Positions 58,170 through 64,000 of a stretch of DNA of 64,000 bases are shown here, piece after piece. Origin of the DNA: an uncultured Lentisphaerales bacterium (lineage in GTDB: Bacteria > Verrucomicrobiota > Lentisphaeria > JABSQK01 > UBA12247); NCBI GenBank assembly GCA_943788985.1, contig CALSSJ010000022.1, forward strand, positions 1 to 64,000, given 5' to 3'. Numbering within the stretch: the first letter of the stretch is position 1; every line of letters begins with the position of its first letter. A model generated the notes under the pieces. The model was not told the origin of the DNA. It saw only the letters and a list, made by a program, of their open reading frames with translations, and searched no databases. The position numbers were made by a program, and so were the translations under genes.

Positions 58170-60059
58170 GTGCAGTATAGCGAGCGACCATGCCCTAGGC
58201 TGTGGGCGCTGTGGATCCTTGGGTTGGCGGTGCCTGTTCTGCTCTTGCTCAGCGGACAGCCCAGTGTATCCGAGCACGAAGCGAAGCTGGCGGTGCGGGC
58301 TGCGGTTCTGCTTGACCATGGCATTTGGGGGAACGACGCGATTCTTGGCCAGGAATCAGCAGGGGTCTGGCTCCAAGACTGGTTGACGGCGGGCGTGGCT
58401 GCACGCTTTGGCTTTAGCGAATTCGGCGTGCGCTTGCCGCAGACGTTGCTGATTTTGCTTTTGGCTGCGATCTGCGCCTGGGGAAGTGGCAAGGTCGCAG
58501 GCATTCAGGCGGGGGCCGTGTCCGCGGCAGCAGCTGTCAGCAGCGGCTATTCATTTCTGTTGATCGATCGTGCTGGCAACGAACTGCTGGCGTGTGTCTT
58601 GCTGAGCTTTGCCTGGCTCTGTTGGTTTCGGTTCAGTCGAGAGAAGAAGCGCTGGAATTATGCCTGGCTGGTGGCGCATACATGCGTGTTATTTGCGATC
58701 TTCGCAATCGGTCCACTTGCCTTGGTGATGTTCTATGTCCCGCTGATTTTTCTGCGGCGCCCGCTGAAGATTCGCCGGCGGCTCGGGCAGGCGGATCACT
58801 TTGTCAGCCTGCTGGCTCTGATTGGCTTTGTCTTGCTCTGGATTTTCGGGCACACCTCGGCGGATACCACGCTGGACGCGATCGGAGATACCTTGGAGTG
58901 GCGATTCGGGTTCTGGCGGAGCCTGGCCCATCTGGCCGCAATGCCGCTGGTGGCGGCAATCGGATTTTTGCCGTGGAGCTTTCTGGTCTGGCCCGGCTTT
59001 TGCCATGCTTTTCGGCGCTTGGAGCAGGAGGCGGTCTTCGGTGCATTGCTTCGGACTCTCATTCTGGCAACGGCTGCGCTCGGCTGGCTGTTCCCCACGC
59101 GGGGCATGACCCTGGCCCCCGCGCTTGGGCCGCTCTGTATGTTGGTCGGGCTGAATTATGAGATGCTGGTGCGGCGCCATGGCAAGCAACTGCTGCTGAT
59201 CCCACGGGTACTCGCCGTGGCTCAGGTCCCGCTTATTGGTGCGGTGCTGGTCGCGAGTTTGGTGCATGAGCCGCCCGTGGTGCCGCGGAGTGGGCTTGAG
59301 ATGTTGACGAGCGCGACCGCTGTCATCGGCAGCCTGCTGCTGGCCGCTGCTATCCACCGGCGCAAGGTGGTCGGCCCGATCTGGCTGCATGTGTTGATCG
59401 GCGTGGTGGCGCTGAAGCTGGCGTGGTGCGGGAGTATGCAAATTTATCGCGGCCACACCGGAAGCGAGGCCCGAGCTCAAGGGCTAGTCTGGCGCAGTCA
59501 CGTGCCAGAAGGCGAGCCGGTGCATTGGCTGCTGAAGCCGGGCCGGTTCCCGGTGGAGACATACTACCTGCGCCGTGAATGCCGATTCGTAGGGGCTGAG
59601 CGGGTGTTGCCGCGCACCGGCAACAAGGTCTTCGCGCTGGCGCGTGAGCAGCCGGTGACGCCAGGGCGCAACTGGCAGGTCGCGGTGGCCGGAGATGACC
59701 ACCGGCCCACTCTCTGGCAGGGGCAGCTTGAACTCTTCAAGATCCGACCACCAATGCCACTAGTGGGGCGTGATGCAGGCGGAACTATGCAGGTGGCGAC
59801 TCAGTTTGAGCTGGTCAATCAACAGCAGCATACCTTGCACATCACAGCGCTGGAGCCTGAAGGCGCTGCGGTGTTCGCAACCGGCGTGCTACCAGCAACC
59901 ATCGAGCCAGGTAAGGCCGTGCTATTTACCTTGAGAATGAACAAGGAGCGGACCGAGTCGCAGCCTGGCAGGCATGCGGTACGAGTCATGCTGTCCGTAG
60001 ATGGCGAGGAAATGCAGCGCTTGATTCATGTCCAGTTGCACTCGCCAAACGTTGAGTAG
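58170..60059 (+). CDS. ArnT/PMT-like (GT-C) membrane glycosyltransferase with C-terminal soluble beta-rich domain
   Basis: FGFSEFGVRLP, FLPWSFL, many TM helices; GTG start uncertain. Confidence 0.6.
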   Translation: MQYSERPCPRLWALWILGLAVPVLLLLSGQPSVSEHEAKLAVRAAVLLDHGIWGNDAILGQESAGVWLQDWLTAGVAARFGFSEFGVRLPQTLLILLLAAICAWGSGKVAGIQAGAVSAAAAVSSGYSFLLIDRAGNELLACVLLSFAWLCWFRFSREKKRWNYAWLVAHTCVLFAIFAIGPLALVMFYVPLIFLRRPLKIRRRLGQADHFVSLLALIGFVLLWIFGHTSADTTLDAIGDTLEWRFGFWRSLAHLAAMPLVAAIGFLPWSFLVWPGFCHAFRRLEQEAVFGALLRTLILATAALGWLFPTRGMTLAPALGPLCMLVGLNYEMLVRRHGKQLLLIPRVLAVAQVPLIGAVLVASLVHEPPVVPRSGLEMLTSATAVIGSLLLAAAIHRRKVVGPIWLHVLIGVVALKLAWCGSMQIYRGHTGSEARAQGLVWRSHVPEGEPVHWLLKPGRFPVETYYLRRECRFVGAERVLPRTGNKVFALAREQPVTPGRNWQVAVAGDDHRPTLWQGQLELFKIRPPMPLVGRDAGGTMQVATQFELVNQQQHTLHITALEPEGAAVFATGVLPATIEPGKAVLFTLRMNKERTESQPGRHAVRVMLSVDGEEMQRLIHVQLHSPNVE

Positions 60060-60102
60060 TCAGCGCGCCCCGTAGTAGAGTGGCGGTTTTTGGGATGTGA
60101 CT

Positions 60103-61161
60103 ATGGACGCACCGTTTCTACTGGCCTGCCGAGGATTACCTGCGGCTCGCAAGCCCATCTGGTTGATGCGCCAGGCTGGCCGCTACATGGAGATCTATCG
60201 TGACCTTCGCAAGAAGCACACGATGCTGGAGTTGATTCATGCGCCAGAACTGGCCGCTGAAGTGACCATGCAGCCGATGGAGGCGTTCGACCTGGACGCG
60301 GCCATCATCTTCTCAGATATTCTGCCGCCGTTGCAGGCGATGGGACTCCCGCTTGATTTCCGCGTGGGGGAAGGACCACGAATTGACCGCCCGATCCGCT
60401 CTCATGCCGACATTGAGGCACTAGCAGAGCCGGATGCGGAAGAAATCGTGCCCGCGACGGTTGAGGCGATTCGTCTGGTGCGCCAGGTATTGCCCCGGGA
60501 CCGCGCGCTGATTGGCTTTGCCGGTGCGCCATTTACACTCGCCAGCTATGCGATCGAAGGTCAGTCCACCCGGCGATTCTTGAAGGTAAAGGGCCTCCTC
60601 CAGGAAAACCCGAAGCAATGGCACGAGTTGATGGGCAAGTTCTCGCGCGTGGTGTCTGGCTACTTGATCGCCCAGATTCGTGCGGGCGCCGATGCCGTGC
60701 AACTGTTTGATTCCTGGGTCGGCGAGCTATCACCCGGGGATTTTCGTGATCACGTGCTGCCACATATTCAGCGCATTATTCGGTCGGTAAAAGAGGCGGC
60801 GCCGCACACGCCGGTGATTTACTTCGGAACCAATACCAGCGGCCTGCTCGGCATCTTGCCCGAGACCGGTGCCGATGTAATCGGCGTAGACTGGCGGATC
60901 GAGTTGGACGAGGCCTGGCGACGAGTTGGCGAGCACGTCACGCTGCAGGGAAACCTCGACCCACATACTTTGCTGGCGGGGCCGCAGGCGTGGCAGACCG
61001 CCACCCGGCGCATTCTAGATCTCACCCAGGACCGTCCCAATCACATTTTCAATTTGGGCCACGGGATCATGAAGGAAACCGACCCCGGCGCGGTACGAGA
61101 CTTGGTAGACTTTGTTCACGAGCATGGAACTCACGTGGAGACACACAATGGCACAGCTTAA
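60103..61161 (+). CDS. hemE: Uroporphyrinogen decarboxylase
   Basis: [52 protein letters not shown]. Confidence 0.95.
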   Translation: MDAPFLLACRGLPAARKPIWLMRQAGRYMEIYRDLRKKHTMLELIHAPELAAEVTMQPMEAFDLDAAIIFSDILPPLQAMGLPLDFRVGEGPRIDRPIRSHADIEALAEPDAEEIVPATVEAIRLVRQVLPRDRALIGFAGAPFTLASYAIEGQSTRRFLKVKGLLQENPKQWHELMGKFSRVVSGYLIAQIRAGADAVQLFDSWVGELSPGDFRDHVLPHIQRIIRSVKEAAPHTPVIYFGTNTSGLLGILPETGADVIGVDWRIELDEAWRRVGEHVTLQGNLDPHTLLAGPQAWQTATRRILDLTQDRPNHIFNLGHGIMKETDPGAVRDLVDFVHEHGTHVETHNGTA

Positions 61162-62395
61162 TGACCACTATTTGAAACTTACAGCAGGCTACTTATTTCC
61201 CGAGATTGGCCGCCGCGTCAACGCGTTCGCAGAGGCCAACCCGGATGCCCCGATCATTAAATTGGGAATCGGCGACGTCACAGAGCCATTGCCGCCGGCG
61301 ATCGTCGAGGCGATGCATACTGCTGTCGACGAAATGGCCACACTCAATGGCTTTCATGGCTATGGCCCAGAACAGGGCTACGGCTTTCTCCGCGAACTCA
61401 TTGCCGAACACGACTTCCGTGCGCGCGGCTGTGAGATTGAGCCAGATGAAATTTTCGTGTCCGACGGCAGTAAATGTGACACGGGAAATTTTCTGGACAT
61501 TCTCGGGCCAGGCAACACAATCGCGGTCGCCGACCCAGTTTATCCCGTCTATGTCGATACAAACGTGATGGTTGGCAACACAGGCTTTGCGAACTCCGCA
61601 GGCGAGTATGATGGATTGGTCTATTTGCGGTCCACCGTGGAAAACGCGTTCACGCCGGACTTGCCCGATCACCCCGTGGATATCATCTACCTATGCTATC
61701 CGAACAACCCGACAGGTGCCACTGCCAGTAAAGAGTACCTGCAGCGCTGGGTTGAGTTTGGGCACAAGCATGGTTCGCTCATTCTTTTTGATGCGGCCTA
61801 TCAGGCATTCATTCAGGATCCGGATATTCCCCGCTCCATCTACGAGATTGACGGCGCCCGCGATGTGGCTGTTGAGTTTCGCAGCTTTTCAAAGAATGCC
61901 GGATTTACCGGCACTCGTTGTGCCTTCACCGTCGTGCCAAAAACGGTCACTGGCCGGGCTAAGGATGGCAAGAAACATGCCTTGCATGGGCTGTGGAATC
62001 GCCGGCATTGCACAAAGTTTAACGGCGTCTCATACATCGTGCAGCGCGGTGCTGAAGCGGCGTACAGCGATGCTGGTAGGCAGCAGGTGCAGGCGCTGGT
62101 GGACTTCTACATGGTGAACGCAGCGATCATTCGTAAAAACCTTACGGAGCTTGGCTTGGCCGTGTACGGTGGTGAAAACGCGCCGTATGTCTGGTTGCAG
62201 GCACCCAATGGGATGAGTAGCTGGGATCTGTTCGACAAGCTACTGGACGAAACCCACGTGGTGGGTACACCGGGTAGTGGATTTGGCACTGCTGGCGAGG
62301 GCTTCTTTCGCCTGAGTTCGTTCAATACGAGGGCCAATGTCGAGGAAGCCATGAGGCGACTTCGCGAGAACCTGAGCCTGACTGAGTTGGCCTGA
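61148..62395 (+). CDS. dapL: LL-diaminopimelate aminotransferase
   Basis: [62 protein letters not shown]. Confidence 0.95.
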   Translation: MAQLNDHYLKLTAGYLFPEIGRRVNAFAEANPDAPIIKLGIGDVTEPLPPAIVEAMHTAVDEMATLNGFHGYGPEQGYGFLRELIAEHDFRARGCEIEPDEIFVSDGSKCDTGNFLDILGPGNTIAVADPVYPVYVDTNVMVGNTGFANSAGEYDGLVYLRSTVENAFTPDLPDHPVDIIYLCYPNNPTGATASKEYLQRWVEFGHKHGSLILFDAAYQAFIQDPDIPRSIYEIDGARDVAVEFRSFSKNAGFTGTRCAFTVVPKTVTGRAKDGKKHALHGLWNRRHCTKFNGVSYIVQRGAEAAYSDAGRQQVQALVDFYMVNAAIIRKNLTELGLAVYGGENAPYVWLQAPNGMSSWDLFDKLLDETHVVGTPGSGFGTAGEGFFRLSSFNTRANVEEAMRRLRENLSLTELA

Positions 62396-62398
62396 TCC

Positions 62399-63361
62399 AT
62401 GGCGGTCCTGCTCCTCGCGCAAGATGCATACGACCGGACGCAGATTAAATCTGCCCTGAGCGACGCTCTGGCGCAGTGGGGCGGGATCGAGCAGCTTCTG
62501 GCTGGAAAACAGCGAATCGTTCTGAAGCCTAACTTTGTAGTTCCCGAAGTGGCCGAGCATGCCGCGACGACCCATCCTGAATTTTACCTGGCAGTTGCCG
62601 AGCTTTTACTCGACCACGGGAAGCAGGTGACGATCGGCGAATCGCCTGCTTTCGGCAGTGCCGAGCAGGCGGTGACCATGCACGGCGCTCGGGAAGAGTG
62701 CCAGCGCCTCGGAGTTCAGGTGATGACCTTTCGGCAGGCGGCTGAGATTACTGGTGTGGCTGGCAGCAGCAGCTATCGCTCGCTGACGATTGCAGCTGAG
62801 CTTGCTGATTTCGACGCCATGATCAATCTTCCCAAGCTCAAAGTGCATCAGCAGTTCGTCTTTACCGCTGCGACCAAAAACTTGTATGGGTGTGTGACCG
62901 GAAAACGCAAGTTTGTGCGGCACAATCTCTGCCGTAACGATCCAACCATGTTTGCGCGGATGCTGCTACAGAACGCGGCAGCAGCGGCGCCAGTCCTGAA
63001 TATAGGGGATGGCATCGTCGCGATGCATGTCAAGGGCCCGCGCGGCGGCAAACCATTCCCGTTGCAACGCATTGTGGTCAGTGACTGCTATCTCGAACAC
63101 GACTGGGTTGCTGCGCGGTTGATTGGCCTGAAGGCAGCCGAAACTCCGCTGTTTGCCGCGCTGTCGGTTGCCGAGCGGAGGCAGCTGGCAGATAATTGTC
63201 AGGAAACTCTGGCTGATCCTCTTGCTGCGCCCGCCAAGGGCTTTCGTCAGAGCTACCGGGTGCCAATCAGCTTTGCGCCGCATCAATTTGCGCGCACTCT
63301 GTGGCGAAGCTGCCTCTTCCGGCTGCGGGAACTGCGGCGTCAGGCAGGCGAAACATCTTGA
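62399..63361 (+). CDS. DUF362 domain protein
   Basis: LKPNFV, TTHPE, GESPAFG, INLPKLKVH, KNLYGC, DGIVAM..GP. Confidence 0.85.
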   Translation: MAVLLLAQDAYDRTQIKSALSDALAQWGGIEQLLAGKQRIVLKPNFVVPEVAEHAATTHPEFYLAVAELLLDHGKQVTIGESPAFGSAEQAVTMHGAREECQRLGVQVMTFRQAAEITGVAGSSSYRSLTIAAELADFDAMINLPKLKVHQQFVFTAATKNLYGCVTGKRKFVRHNLCRNDPTMFARMLLQNAAAAAPVLNIGDGIVAMHVKGPRGGKPFPLQRIVVSDCYLEHDWVAARLIGLKAAETPLFAALSVAERRQLADNCQETLADPLAAPAKGFRQSYRVPISFAPHQFARTLWRSCLFRLRELRRQAGETS

Positions 63362-63386
63362 CAGCGTAGGTGAAGGTCGGTACAGT
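63358..63386 (+). promoter_or_regulatory. Sigma70-like promoter
   Basis: TTGACA-17 bp-TACAGT upstream of the last ORF. Confidence 0.6.
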
Positions 63387-63435
63387 ACTCATTCAAACTA
63401 ATATAGAGCCATGATTCCACCAGGAGAGTAGCCGG

Positions 63436-64000
63436 ATGGCCTTATTCAATCGCCTGCTAAGCGTATTTATTCTTATCGCCGCCGTTGTCGCGGTCGTATA
63501 CAGCTACAAGCTAGACCAAAAGCGCGACGCTTTGGTTCAGCACAGCGAAGACCTGGCTGCAGCCCTTCGGGCTACGGCTGAGGAGCTGTCCGTAGGCAGT
63601 GGAACTACCGAGCAAACCGAATTGAGCGAGGCCAAGATTGGTTGGCGTGCGTACAGTGAAGGATTCAATGTTGGCACCGGTGACAATCCGACCTTCAAGA
63701 CTACCGTTGGTAAGGCCGCAGACCAGGCCAAGAGGATTCGCGATCAGCGCGATGCACTGGGAGTAGCTTTGAAGGAAGTCGGCCAGATCTTCGACAAGGA
63801 AGTCGACCTAGCGCAGCTCACGAATATTGCTGAGTTCGAGGCAGCAGCCGCTGAGATTCGCAATGAAGTGGAGGCGAGCCGTCGTCGTGAGAATGACATA
63901 GCTGGCCAGTTTGAGAAGCTCGCGTTGGACGTGGGCTTTGATCAACTCGACAAGGACGCACTGATGAGCCAGCAGCGCTACCAGGAAGCCGTCGGCGATT
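63436..64000 (+). CDS. Membrane-anchored coiled-coil hypothetical protein, runs off the window end (not in ORF track)
   Basis: AGGAG RBS; MALFNRLLSVFILIAAVVAVVYSYKLDQKRDAL... open to position 64000. Confidence 0.75.
   Translation, partial: MALFNRLLSVFILIAAVVAVVYSYKLDQKRDALVQHSEDLAAALRATAEELSVGSGTTEQTELSEAKIGWRAYSEGFNVGTGDNPTFKTTVGKAADQAKRIRDQRDALGVALKEVGQIFDKEVDLAQLTNIAEFEAAAAEIRNEVEASRRRENDIAGQFEKLALDVGFDQLDKDALMSQQRYQEAVGD

Noticed and set aside
1..64000. CRISPR array, rRNA, riboswitch or intact transposase/integrase
   Set aside because: No regularly spaced repeats or recognisable signatures found by eye; an Rfam/Infernal scan is needed to exclude small RNAs

Overview
A GC-rich bacterial chromosomal segment. 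The prepilin-type/H-X9-DG protein, HTH-fused PtsN, TIGR04073-like protein, DapL and Hanks-type kinases suggest the PVC superphylum (Lentisphaerae-like); this is inference only. Most genes are housekeeping or metabolic: ptsP, AraC + GH4, degP, pduO, ggt, uxuB-like SDR, PhoH2, manA, gdhA, a Fe3+ ABC transporter, zwf, rubredoxin, ruvAB, gltA, uxaC, a SNF2 helicase, tRNA-Gln, hemE and dapL. The most unusual part is the co-oriented run after tRNA-Gln (45.1-54.6 kb). It holds HTH-PtsN, a protein with two tandem GrpE-like domains and Thr-motif repeats, a CPBP protease, an unknown helical protein, an in-frame RdgB-HemL fusion, a cNMP-HATPase lacking its phospho-His domain, PfkB and a Ser/Thr kinase. 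Other points of interest: a GH78-fold protein with apparently substituted catalytic residues next to PhoH2; a Zn-ribbon lipoprotein/SPFH/kinase cluster broken by many +1 insertions (probably consensus errors); a perfect 18-bp palindrome before the iron transporter; four TTCAY boxes at 11-bp period before a DUF4153 gene; and a decayed region at 39.9-42.2 kb. No CRISPR array, rRNA or intact mobile element was seen. All family calls come from motif recognition by eye, not database searches.
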